The notes under the pieces are model-generated. The model saw nothing but the letters and a program-made list of their open reading frames with translations. It ran no database searches and was not told where the DNA came from. A program made the position numbers and the translations under genes. Below are positions 21,028 through 30,938 of a stretch of 64,000 nucleotides of DNA, in pieces (position 1 is the first letter of the stretch; every line of letters starts with the position of its first letter). Origin of the DNA: Candidatus Thorarchaeota archaeon (GTDB lineage: Archaea > Asgardarchaeota > Thorarchaeia > Thorarchaeales > Thorarchaeaceae); NCBI GenBank assembly GCA_016933575.1, contig JAFGAR010000088.1:192001-256000 (forward strand), written 5' to 3'.

Positions 21028-21150
21028 TAGCTAGCACCAGTAAACAGTCTTGATTTTCCCTAAAAAGGACCACATGGAAATAACGACAGGTTTAATTCAA
21101 GACCAAACCAGCCTTTTGATAGTGCCTCCAAGATTATGGAGTAAATTTAC

Positions 21151-21516
21151 ATGGTAATCCGACTCAAAGATGCAATTATTGATTCTGTTGATGACACAGA
21201 AACTAGAAGACTGAGATTGTTGAAAATATCATCAAAAAGTGATGGTGCAGCACTTACTCTTGAACTACCAGAAGCGCTCTGTGGTGCATTAAATACAAGT
21301 GATGTAGTCGATATTGTTGTTGATTCAAAACCAATTCCTAAAAGTGACGCTTCTAAGTTATATATTGAAGGCACAGTGTTCAAGAAATCTGATAAGAAGG
21401 GACTAGAGGTAATTGGTTCGATTGGTGGTCTTCGTTTTGTGATTAATATTGCAAAGGCAACACCAAGCCAGATTAGTACGTTTGATACGGAAAAATTCTA
21501 TCTGACGATTAAATAG
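21151..21516 (+). CDS. rpo8: RNA polymerase subunit Rpo8 (RpoG/RPB8)
   Basis: LTLELP, LYIEGTVFK and SIGGLRF match the RPB8 YxMxGxVYK / SxGGLL pattern; OB-fold size. Confidence 0.7.
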   Translation: MVIRLKDAIIDSVDDTETRRLRLLKISSKSDGAALTLELPEALCGALNTSDVVDIVVDSKPIPKSDASKLYIEGTVFKKSDKKGLEVIGSIGGLRFVINIAKATPSQISTFDTEKFYLTIK

Positions 21517-21669
21517 ATCTGGCAAAAAGGCCCAAGAATACTTTCGGGCACCTCTATCTGACTGGGCTTTTTGTGTCTATAGTGTGGAGTTTGTTGTTCA
21601 TTCAAGTGAATATCTGACAAGCACTAATGAACAAAGACCTTCTGAAATCCAGTTAGGGAAACGTGTTCG

Positions 21670-22725
21670 TTGTTTTTATGGGTGTGGTTTTTGACTGATG
21701 GAACATTTGAAAATAATTCGACGCACTTACTATCATGTCCCGACTGTAATGGCTTCTTAATTACAAGTCAAGGATACATAGTATGTGGAGAATGTGGACT
21801 AGTAATTTCAAGAGAATATGTTTCTCCTACTTATCAAATGGGGGAACAACAAAATAGTGAAACTCCTGATGCTTCAATGTATGTATCTCTGGGTAATAGA
21901 ATGCATATTGTTGATGGATTAGGAAGTTACATAGGATTTCACAAAGACAAGTACTTTCAAGACGCTCATGGACAAGCTCTAACAGGGAGAACACAGAAAA
22001 AATTCAAACGGCTTAAAACAATATATAGCACTAGGATTCGGATTGGAAAAAATGAGGCTAAGTATCGAGCCCTAAGAACTCTCAATCATGTTTCAAAACT
22101 ACTAATGTTGAATGAACAAGTTCGTGATCGTACTGCATATCTATACAAAAAGGTTGTATCAGAATCAGTAGAAAAGGTTAGCAACAACATTCTCCTTGTT
22201 GCGGTATGTCTTCTTATGGCAGTGAGAGAGTATAAGAATGATGCTCCAATCACGCTAGACGAGATTGCAGATGTATTTGAAAAATGTGGACATCGTGTCA
22301 ATGTGAGAGCAATAGTACGGGAGGCTCTTAGGCTTAAATCACTAACAGGTTATGCGCCAGAGATTAGAAAACCAAAGGACTATGTCCCAAGAGTGCTTTC
22401 GATGTTAATGAATAGTACAAAGGTTTTGAACAAAGTCAAATCTCGAGGATGGGACCCTAGTGAATATGAGAATGCACTCAGAAACAAAATTATGGGCGTA
22501 CTAGAGATGATACCCGCATCGAAACGGGGTGGGCGTAATCCGTTTATATTTACAGTATCTGTAGCTTATGCAAGCGATCGTTTGATTGCCGCACAGAATG
22601 ATAAACGTCCAGTTCTAACACAAAGGTTGACATCAACAGCAACGGAAGTTGCAGAGTATAGCATTAGAGACCATTTTGGAATGATGAAAAAGATTGTCGA
22701 GATACCTGATGAGATTGTACAGTAA
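21670..22725 (+). CDS. Divergent TFIIB/TFB paralog
   Basis: CPDC..CGECGLV zinc ribbon, cyclin-fold repeats (PITLDEIA, GRNP, LTQR..VAEYSIR). Confidence 0.8.
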   Translation: MFLWVWFLTDGTFENNSTHLLSCPDCNGFLITSQGYIVCGECGLVISREYVSPTYQMGEQQNSETPDASMYVSLGNRMHIVDGLGSYIGFHKDKYFQDAHGQALTGRTQKKFKRLKTIYSTRIRIGKNEAKYRALRTLNHVSKLLMLNEQVRDRTAYLYKKVVSESVEKVSNNILLVAVCLLMAVREYKNDAPITLDEIADVFEKCGHRVNVRAIVREALRLKSLTGYAPEIRKPKDYVPRVLSMLMNSTKVLNKVKSRGWDPSEYENALRNKIMGVLEMIPASKRGGRNPFIFTVSVAYASDRLIAAQNDKRPVLTQRLTSTATEVAEYSIRDHFGMMKKIVEIPDEIVQ

Positions 22726-22771
22726 GTTGCATCCTTTGACATACTGTTGGTTAGAGGAGTGTCAGTAGCGA

Positions 22772-24448
22772 ATGAAACAAAATGTGAATGTCATTCATTG
22801 TTCTTCAGGTCGTTGTGATAGATGTTCTGAAAGAGCTGGAGAATCATGTCAGAAACTAAGAGAGCTAGGTGAAAATCCTGATTGTTCAGTTCTTCTTTTA
22901 GAAAGCAATAGTGGATTAATACATTTTAATATTGCAGGAAGTCCTATTCCAAATCAACCACCATGGGTTTCAGATAGATGGGAAACTGTGTTTATTGGAC
23001 AGGACGATGATTTGTTTTCTGAACTCGATTTCGTAGCTGGAGCTTATTGTGTTGGGCCCTATCTCTCTCTTTTCTCAAAGCAATCTGGTGATTATCAGGT
23101 GAGATATACAAGTCTACCGATAGTAAGGACATCATTAGAATTAGCATTACTAAACCAGCTTGTGAATGAGAATAGGATTTTTTTCAAAAATTCAGGCAAT
23201 TCTAGAGAGAAACTAACAGAACAACAAACGCGTTTAATGCTTGAGATTTCGGAATACATTAAAAAACACATACCGGAAATAAATGAGAATACAAGAACGA
23301 GATTGTCACAGATTGCGGCGCATCAAAGAAATGTTCTTGGACCACTGTTTCCTTTACTAATGGATGAATCGATTGAGGAGATATATCTAGATAGACCAAG
23401 ATCAACAATTTATTTTGATCATCAAGAACTAGGAAGATGTAATACATCATTCACATATAATGAGAAAGATGTATCACGGATTATAACCTTCATGAGATCA
23501 GAGAGTAATTTACATCTTGATAGAAGTAATCCATCTCTAAAAATGGATCTTGATGTTTTAGGTAATCGCCTCAGATTGTCTGCAAGTGTTCCGCCCCTTA
23601 GCTTAGAAGGAGTTCATCTTGAGATACGACGAGCACGCAGAAAGCCTTTCACTCTATACGACTTGATTGACAATGATACTATCACCTACGAAGCTTCTGC
23701 AATTCTGCTATTAGCAATAGCCAGTAGATTGAATATTACGATAACAGGTGGACCGGGAACAGGAAAAACAACCCTTCTTAATGCTCTGGATATGACAACT
23801 CCGCGGATATGGAGAAAAATCTATGTTGAAGATGCTATTGAAAGTAGACTGTTAATGGACCATCATCAAGTGAAGCTACAAGTTGACCCTGTAGATGAAT
23901 CTCATAGAAAATTGAGTAAAAGTGATGAGATAATCAAGTGTCTTCATCGTTCGCCAGACTATTTGATTCTTGGCGAAATTCAGACTATTGAACATAGTAA
24001 AGCTCTGTTTCAAGCAATTGCTGCAGGGCTAAAATCAGTGCAGACCTGTCACAGCAATTCGGCGTCTAATCTCATTTCTAGATGGATATGGGGACATGGT
24101 ATTGAACGAAGCAATCTCGCCATGATGGATTTGATTGTAACTCTCGAAAGACCAATACCAGGTCAATCACTAAGAAGAGTGAGTGAGATTGTTGAAATAC
24201 GTAGAGGTAAAGAGAATGGTCTTCAAACTTTTCTAGGAACAAACACAATTTATGATGGAGAAGAACTTGGAGATTGGGCGGATGATGGAGCCTTCATGAT
24301 TCATGCAAGAAACGCAGGAATAGAAAACCTTGATGATGTAATGAATGCACTAATATCATCTCTTCAAAACCAAGGCAATTATGCTAATTTAGAAACTCTT
24401 AGCGAAATACTTTGGTCATATGGTCATCCAATGAAATTCACAGGTTAA
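22772..24448 (+). CDS. Type II/IV secretion ATPase (TadA/CpaF/VirB11 family)
   Basis: GGPGTGKTT, VEDAIE Asp box, RSPDYLILGEI Walker B, QTCHS His box. Confidence 0.88.
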   Translation: MKQNVNVIHCSSGRCDRCSERAGESCQKLRELGENPDCSVLLLESNSGLIHFNIAGSPIPNQPPWVSDRWETVFIGQDDDLFSELDFVAGAYCVGPYLSLFSKQSGDYQVRYTSLPIVRTSLELALLNQLVNENRIFFKNSGNSREKLTEQQTRLMLEISEYIKKHIPEINENTRTRLSQIAAHQRNVLGPLFPLLMDESIEEIYLDRPRSTIYFDHQELGRCNTSFTYNEKDVSRIITFMRSESNLHLDRSNPSLKMDLDVLGNRLRLSASVPPLSLEGVHLEIRRARRKPFTLYDLIDNDTITYEASAILLLAIASRLNITITGGPGTGKTTLLNALDMTTPRIWRKIYVEDAIESRLLMDHHQVKLQVDPVDESHRKLSKSDEIIKCLHRSPDYLILGEIQTIEHSKALFQAIAAGLKSVQTCHSNSASNLISRWIWGHGIERSNLAMMDLIVTLERPIPGQSLRRVSEIVEIRRGKENGLQTFLGTNTIYDGEELGDWADDGAFMIHARNAGIENLDDVMNALISSLQNQGNYANLETLSEILWSYGHPMKFTG

Positions 24449-24525
24449 ATTCTAAATACTGAGATTTTGAATTTTCTTTAGGACCTTAAAAGGTTCGAAG
24501 GTGAAAAGAGCTTGAGGTGTAGCTA

Positions 24526-24732
24526 TTGGATAATCATGAATTCATTGGTAATGAACAAGGCGGTCCCTTGGTAGAAGAGAGCCTCTTGCTTGGCCTTGCT
24601 GTAGTTACTGTTTCAATAGTAATTGCTGTAATTCTGCAAGCTACAGGTTGGGCACAAGATGTCATTACTGGACTTTTACAACTGTTACAAGATAGTTGGG
24701 GAAATCTTACTCAGCTATTTGGAGCCCCGTAG
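24526..24732 (+). CDS. Flp-like prepilin
   Basis: NEQG^GPLVE class III-like cleavage site with Glu+5, then a hydrophobic helix; 68 aa; GAGGTG RBS; follows the secretion ATPase. Confidence 0.65.
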   Translation: MDNHEFIGNEQGGPLVEESLLLGLAVVTVSIVIAVILQATGWAQDVITGLLQLLQDSWGNLTQLFGAP

Positions 24733-24834
24733 CGCGAAAATCTTGTTTTATATTGATGATGTTCTAATTGCAGGGGGAAAGGCTTATTTGCAGTCGGAGA
24801 GGGTTGCCTCTACGCTCCGGGCTGGCATACCAAA

Positions 24835-24944
24835 GCTCCGGTAGATCATCCTAGTATTTTCTATGATGATACCGATTGTAGTCCGGCCCAGCATGGGGGA
24901 CTCTCGATCCCCCGACCCGGGTTCAAATCCCGGCCGGAGCACCA
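24835..24944 (+). tRNA. tRNA-Glu(CTC) with 32-nt intron at 10/11 (24845-24876), CCA encoded
   Basis: GCTCCGG/CCGGAGC acceptor; GGGGA-CTCTCGA-TCCCC anticodon arm; removing the insertion restores GCTCCGGTAG|TGTAGTCCGG. Confidence 0.88.
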
Positions 24945-24957
24945 ATTTTCATGTTTT

Positions 24958-26925
24958 CTATCGTAGTAGATACTTTTTTCGTAGAGTTGGTATGAGTATA
25001 ATACTAAGAGACGCAAGTAGACTAACTGAAAACCCGTTAATTCCAATGCCTTGAGCTGCTAGTAGATCTACTATAGAGATAGAAATACTAATGAAACCTA
25101 CACTATTCTCTACTCCTGAATTCTCTTTAATTATGTAATTCAATGAATAATTGCCGCTAATTGATGGAAGAGGAAGATGCAGTTGTATTATACCATTTTC
25201 TTGAGAGAGTAATCTATATTCTAAAGTCAACCATACAAAAGATGCATGTAAACCCTCTAATAGTGTCCCATTCAAACATACTATTTGAAGAGTTACTACT
25301 ACTTCTTGGAATGGATGAATCACCTCAAAATTCTCTAATATCACACGAACAGGAATTATTCTACTGACGATAAGATAGTAATCAAATCCTGCTGAGAGAG
25401 CATATTGTATCATATCACCAAGATAATTAAAGGATAGATTATAGTGACCTTCTGAACTTGGAACTGAAATTGAAAACGAAACTATTCCTTCACTATTTGT
25501 TACTAATGATGTTAAAATCGTATCATTGATTAAAAGCTGAATTGTTCTGGAAGTACAGTTTCCGTTCCAATCGGTCATTCTGATTGTAAATATAGTGACT
25601 TGATTGGGGGATGCATATTGGTCAATATTTGTATCTTCAAGTGTTAGCTTCGGTAGTGACCAGACTGTACAATTTCTGGAATAACTACCATTAGTAAGAA
25701 ACTGGTTTTCAATTTCTAGAGATATTGTATGCAGTCCTACAGGATTAGTTATTGAAAATAAGGCATTAATGAATGAGACACTCTCTTGTAATTGTATACT
25801 CCTATTGAAGCCGCTCACTAAATCAACGATTTTTATTGTCGTATCGCCTATTGGCCGTCCGAGAATATCTAGTATGGACAATGATAGATTGACTTCTGTT
25901 CCAAGTATTGCATTTTCAGGGATATCAAGGGTTATTATGGCGGGGCTATTGATATTAAAATTCAAGATAGCAAAAGTATCCGTGTAACGATCAGTTCCAT
26001 TATAGAAGAATCCTAGAGAATGCGTACCCAATGAATATTGATTATTAATACTAAGGATTAGAGTCCCATTACCAAAGCTATCGGTTACAATATTGCAAAC
26101 GAATTTTGCATCGACAAATATTCCAATATCCTCGGATAGACCTCCTTCAGGTCCAAAAAGATTCATTTCAATGACCAAGTCTTCACCAAGCAAGACTTCG
26201 TTCTGCCAATCTATCAGTTCTATTGTAGATTGTATCTGTTGGATATTGACAATGACTGTTTTTTCTGTTCTTGCCAAAAAATGCTCCAAATCTTGTTCAA
26301 AGATCAATCTAATTGTATTCTCTCCTAGAATACACCAAGAAGTATTACAATTTAATACAAATGAGGCAATTCCAGAAGAATTGGTAGTCAATATAGAAAT
26401 AATATCGACACCGTGAAAGACACTAATTGTGGCATCTTGTATTGGTAAACCTAAATCATCAAGAAGACGGGCAGAAAAAGAAAGTGTATCTCCTGGTGCT
26501 AGTGATTGATTGTCATAATCAATGATAATTTCTGTTGCTGCAATAATATGCATAATCGTCCATTGACAAGAGGATGCAAGATAGAGTGTATCATTTCCCC
26601 TAAATGTTGCATTGATGAATACAGGACCAAGGGGATAGATACCGGGAATATTCCAATCAATTGTTGCCAAACCGCTAGAATCGGTGATATCATAACCTAT
26701 CATAATGTCATGTGTCTGATCAAAGAATTCAATCAATTGATTTGGTACAGGATCACCATAGGTTCCATTCTGTAGTAATAGTGTAGAGATGTTTACTCTT
26801 TCGCCCCGTTGGACTACAGTTTCTCCTTCAGCGGTGGCAATATTGGTATTTGAGGTAATAATGATTAAAGATATCAGTCCTAGAATGAGGAAGATTGTAA
26901 ACCTGCTCATCTTTATCAGATACAT
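24958..26925 (-). CDS. Membrane-anchored surface protein with Ig-like repeats
   Basis: Signal peptide, repeated TDSSG/TNSSG/TDSFG/TNSEG motifs, C-terminal TM helix plus basic tail (LRKKYLLR). Confidence 0.8.
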   Translation of the reverse strand: MYLIKMSRFTIFLILGLISLIIITSNTNIATAEGETVVQRGERVNISTLLLQNGTYGDPVPNQLIEFFDQTHDIMIGYDITDSSGLATIDWNIPGIYPLGPVFINATFRGNDTLYLASSCQWTIMHIIAATEIIIDYDNQSLAPGDTLSFSARLLDDLGLPIQDATISVFHGVDIISILTTNSSGIASFVLNCNTSWCILGENTIRLIFEQDLEHFLARTEKTVIVNIQQIQSTIELIDWQNEVLLGEDLVIEMNLFGPEGGLSEDIGIFVDAKFVCNIVTDSFGNGTLILSINNQYSLGTHSLGFFYNGTDRYTDTFAILNFNINSPAIITLDIPENAILGTEVNLSLSILDILGRPIGDTTIKIVDLVSGFNRSIQLQESVSFINALFSITNPVGLHTISLEIENQFLTNGSYSRNCTVWSLPKLTLEDTNIDQYASPNQVTIFTIRMTDWNGNCTSRTIQLLINDTILTSLVTNSEGIVSFSISVPSSEGHYNLSFNYLGDMIQYALSAGFDYYLIVSRIIPVRVILENFEVIHPFQEVVVTLQIVCLNGTLLEGLHASFVWLTLEYRLLSQENGIIQLHLPLPSISGNYSLNYIIKENSGVENSVGFISISISIVDLLAAQGIGINGFSVSLLASLSIILIPTLRKKYLLR

Positions 26926-27161
26926 TCCTCCTTTGAATTAATCATAGATTCAAACACTATTTTTCATACCCCAATATTGGTCAAGTATAATATCAAGTTC
27001 TTCTTCATTCAGTCAGTTCAGTGGTTTTTAATCTCCTATTGGGTGATGATGGGGTGTTTTCCACGTTGAGGGGAGTTCTTATGTCAAACTCTAGCACAAG
27101 GGTTTGGTTCGATTGAAGTGATATCCATAAGAGGAATCAAAGACTGAGGGAGCAATTCTAG

Positions 27162-30100
27162 ATGTCATTCAAAACATCCTGCAAACGTACGAAGACTGAT
27201 GCAGCAAAGGGTCATGCATTTAGCACATGTCTTTGGATACGTCGGTTTTGGATTATTGGATTCTCAGTCACGGTAGTATATTTTCTAGTTATCTATTTGT
27301 TGCCACTTTCCAGAGTGATTGGCACCCCGATAGTTCCTTTCAAACTTGCCATAGAATTAGTGATTTGCATAATTCCAATTTTCACTAGTATTGTTCTAGC
27401 CAGACAAGAGATTGTACAAATAGAAACATCGATTTCTTTTGAGAATGAGGTTCTCATAGTGAACAAAGGTGCTTTAATCACTGGAATATGCTGTTTAGAG
27501 ATTGTATCCGTATCAGGTTCTGTCATTTCTGATGATGATGGACATGTCAAATATAATACATCGATGTTATTAGCTATTAGAGTAGGGATGCACAAATCAG
27601 TAAAGATAGCTTTTGAAGCAGGTGTATCAAAAGGAGAACCGTATCTTCGAATTTTCATTGCTGTTACTGGTAATGAACTTAATAACATCAAGGAAGTTTT
27701 GAGAAGAGAAGCAACTAGAGCTGAAGCTATTCTTTTAGCGTCGCTCAATGCTGTAGAATTACGGATACTTGAAAACAACGATTTAATGCAAGCAGTGGGT
27801 TTGTTATCAGGAGATTTAATTCCGGATTTTGGCACTGTAGATGATACAAATGAAACTAAGACATTAATATTTCTAAAAGGAAGTCCACGTGTTAATCCAT
27901 CCGTTGAGACATCACAAATTGGAACTTTTATTTCCACCGCATTGAAACAGGACTATTCTGTTAGTTTAACGTGTGTCTTTTCTGTAGCAAAACCTGGAAG
28001 AGAGAGACAGAAATTGGAGGGCAGATGGAAAACAATTCAATCGAAAGAAAAACGAAAAGAAGAAACTTTGAGAGATCATGCAGAGAAGAAGAAACTCATA
28101 ACACAATACGAAGAGATACAGGATAATGTTGGATGGTTTGATTCATCAGTATATTTTGTTGTTAAGGCATCAGAATCAGAAGATATCAACGTACTTCAAG
28201 AAGGAGTCAGTGGTCTAATCCAATCTATTTGGGGAGGAGATAATAAAATCAAGTTGGTATCTCAAACCATTTCCAAAAGAAATGCGTTCAGATTACTTAC
28301 AAGAGAACATATGAAAAAACAGAGAGTGCATGTTAGCAGTCTTGCCTCATTTGTAAACACGCCTATTCGAAAATTACCAATAATTAGCCCAGAACTTGCA
28401 CCAATATTTCCGGTCCCTCCACGAAACATGGTAAGCAATGAACTGGTTATCGGTGATTCTATTTTTGATGGGAAACCATATTCAAGTGTGGGTTTGAAGA
28501 TAGAATGGTTGCGAGAACATGTTGCTGTTTTGGGTGCAACGGGTACTGGAAAAACAACACTTGTTAAACATCTCATCACTCAACTCAGTAAAAAAACAAG
28601 TGTTCCTTGGTGGATTTTTGATATCAAAGGATCTGAGTATGCAGGTCTTATTGGACATATTGATGGTGAAGTGATTATTCTCAAACCAGGATTGGATCCA
28701 AAATTTGTAATTAGTCTGATGAATCCTGATACAAGTAATGATGAGAGTAGTGCATATTCAACATTCATTATTTTAAGAGAACTCCTGAAAGAAAGAGGTG
28801 AATCATCCGAACTCTCTCCAGCTATGGAGAAATTACTCAGAGAATCAGTAATCAAACTAGCATCATCTCTTGACAATAGTAACTCAATTCAATCTCTTAT
28901 TGAAATGATAGTTAAACAAACTACTGATGATAGAATGGGAAAAATGACAAGTGATGCTCTTCTCAATAGGCTTCAGATATTGAACCAAGAACCACTGGGA
29001 AGCATACTTCGTGGTGGTTCATCTGCAATTAACATTTCAGAGTTATTGGACAAAAGGGTAATTCTAGATTTAAGTTATGTATCTAGAATAGGAGGAATGG
29101 AGTCAACTCGTATTCTCTACAATCTTATTGCTAAGCATATCTTTGAAAGTGCTATGAAGAGAGGTATAGTGCCTGGAATACATCATGTCGTGGTCCTCGA
29201 AGAAGCAAGTAACCTAGTCCCCGAGAGTTATTCAAGGCATTCATCAGCTGATGTGACTACAGGAGAATCCATGGTTATGTTGCAACGTGCTACGGGACAA
29301 GGTGTAATTGTTGTATCAACCAGACCCAATATATCATCAAATATACTTGCAAACACGTCTACAAAAATCACCTTCAGACTTCCTTATGATAGTCAGATAG
29401 GTGGTAAGTTTCTATCGCTTGAAGATAATCAGGAAGTCTATTTGAGAGGATTAAAGCGAGGGAGAGCTCTTATAGCAATCCCAAACACAGATACTTTTGA
29501 AATTGCTACGAAACCCTTTGTTGATATGCCTCCTATAAGTTCGGATGCATCTCATCAAATACCAAAAGAAGAGAGAAGAGAAACAGATCCTAAAGATGAG
29601 ATTATAGAATTTGAAAAACAAAAAACTCGGGCACTTGAAGATGAAGCTAAGACTGTCATTTTTGATAGAGTCGGACGATTTGGTAATCATATAGTTGCTT
29701 TCTTGGCTTCTAAAGGGATGTCGACAGAACAAGAAATTCGAGAGCTTCTATCTACAATTGACTCGAGTGTGATGGAGGATGATATTTCTGAGGTGATTAG
29801 AAACCTTATCTCATTAGGTACCATTGAGAGAGAGTCTCTAGCACTTGTACCAGGAGGCTTTCTGTATACTTTACCGGATAGAGGATTGGAAGCAATTCGA
29901 ACAGTAATTGTTCAATACATTTTTGATAGACTGGAAATAGAGGAAAATGAAGCTCTTCGGAAAATGCATCATCCAAATTGGCCAGATATAATCATTGAAG
30001 ACAAAGCGGTTGTCATTATACCTGATCATCTTAGAGCTTCGTCAATGGAATCGACCTTGGACAAAATCAGACAACATATGGGTATTCTTGGAAATGGTAT

Positions 30101-30938
30101 CAATGAACTTTTCATTGTGGTAAGAGGAAGCGTAGCAGCAGCTAAACTTCGAGAACTTCTTGATAGTTCTGAGGATTATAATGCAGTGACCGTGATTTCT
30201 GCATTCCCAAGCTCTCTTGATTCGATGATAGAAAATATCGGTGGTAATACTCAATCTCCCGATGAAAAGATAACAGACAGTGAACCCTTGACCGATACTG
30301 AAAACAAGGAAGATACGGGATTGATTGGAGCTATGCATGAGATTGGACCAGCTACAAGTAGAGCCATTCAGATTCGATTATGGTTTGGTCTTATTCAGGA
30401 TTTTGTTGATTTATCAAATGGTCAAGTAGGATGGGATGTATTATTAGACTTCATTGAAACGACAGCACTTCAATCGTTGAAAGGGAGATCAGCTCCATTA
30501 ACTGTTGAAGAGGGGAGACGGGCGCTAACAGAGTTGCTTGCTGATGAGGTGCTTATAGCAGTACGTACAAATGAAGATAGTAAATTTATTGATGTCAAGC
30601 AAGGCCTATGGATAGTGAACTCAACAGTCTTACAAACCTTCAGAGAGAATGCTATTGGAGTGATTGAAGGTGAACTTAGGAAACATCACTCTAATGTTAC
30701 AAGAAGTCATGGATATTACGATCTTTGTGCTGGAAATACGTCATATGTGGTATTTCCAAATCAACAACAATTAAGCACATTGTTAAATCTTCACAGTGAT
30801 GTAGCATGCAGAACATGCAAATCGACTCAGGTAATATGTATCCTTACAGCATCAGAATATCTTGAAGATAATATGGTTACGCCAGGTAATTTGATTGTGA
30901 AAACGATGGATGATAGCTTATCTGCATTGGTGAGCTAA
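27162..30938 (+). CDS. Membrane-anchored HerA/VirB4-like ATPase (DUF87-type) with long C-terminal extension
   Basis: Two N-terminal TM helices; HVAVLGATGTGKT, FDIKGSEY, VVVLEEA, STRP, ILANTSTKITFRL. Confidence 0.8.
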   Translation: MSFKTSCKRTKTDAAKGHAFSTCLWIRRFWIIGFSVTVVYFLVIYLLPLSRVIGTPIVPFKLAIELVICIIPIFTSIVLARQEIVQIETSISFENEVLIVNKGALITGICCLEIVSVSGSVISDDDGHVKYNTSMLLAIRVGMHKSVKIAFEAGVSKGEPYLRIFIAVTGNELNNIKEVLRREATRAEAILLASLNAVELRILENNDLMQAVGLLSGDLIPDFGTVDDTNETKTLIFLKGSPRVNPSVETSQIGTFISTALKQDYSVSLTCVFSVAKPGRERQKLEGRWKTIQSKEKRKEETLRDHAEKKKLITQYEEIQDNVGWFDSSVYFVVKASESEDINVLQEGVSGLIQSIWGGDNKIKLVSQTISKRNAFRLLTREHMKKQRVHVSSLASFVNTPIRKLPIISPELAPIFPVPPRNMVSNELVIGDSIFDGKPYSSVGLKIEWLREHVAVLGATGTGKTTLVKHLITQLSKKTSVPWWIFDIKGSEYAGLIGHIDGEVIILKPGLDPKFVISLMNPDTSNDESSAYSTFIILRELLKERGESSELSPAMEKLLRESVIKLASSLDNSNSIQSLIEMIVKQTTDDRMGKMTSDALLNRLQILNQEPLGSILRGGSSAINISELLDKRVILDLSYVSRIGGMESTRILYNLIAKHIFESAMKRGIVPGIHHVVVLEEASNLVPESYSRHSSADVTTGESMVMLQRATGQGVIVVSTRPNISSNILANTSTKITFRLPYDSQIGGKFLSLEDNQEVYLRGLKRGRALIAIPNTDTFEIATKPFVDMPPISSDASHQIPKEERRETDPKDEIIEFEKQKTRALEDEAKTVIFDRVGRFGNHIVAFLASKGMSTEQEIRELLSTIDSSVMEDDISEVIRNLISLGTIERESLALVPGGFLYTLPDRGLEAIRTVIVQYIFDRLEIEENEALRKMHHPNWPDIIIEDKAVVIIPDHLRASSMESTLDKIRQHMGILGNGINELFIVVRGSVAAAKLRELLDSSEDYNAVTVISAFPSSLDSMIENIGGNTQSPDEKITDSEPLTDTENKEDTGLIGAMHEIGPATSRAIQIRLWFGLIQDFVDLSNGQVGWDVLLDFIETTALQSLKGRSAPLTVEEGRRALTELLADEVLIAVRTNEDSKFIDVKQGLWIVNSTVLQTFRENAIGVIEGELRKHHSNVTRSHGYYDLCAGNTSYVVFPNQQQLSTLLNLHSDVACRTCKSTQVICILTASEYLEDNMVTPGNLIVKTMDDSLSALVS

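Noticed and set aside
18002-24944. Integrated element bounded by tRNA-Gly and tRNA-Glu
   Set aside because: No integrase, no duplicated tRNA 3' end, and the interval contains rpo8.
27038-27120. C/D-box sRNA or ORB at GTGATGATGGGGT
   Set aside because: No proper CTGA D box or terminal stem, and only the G-string end of an ORB.
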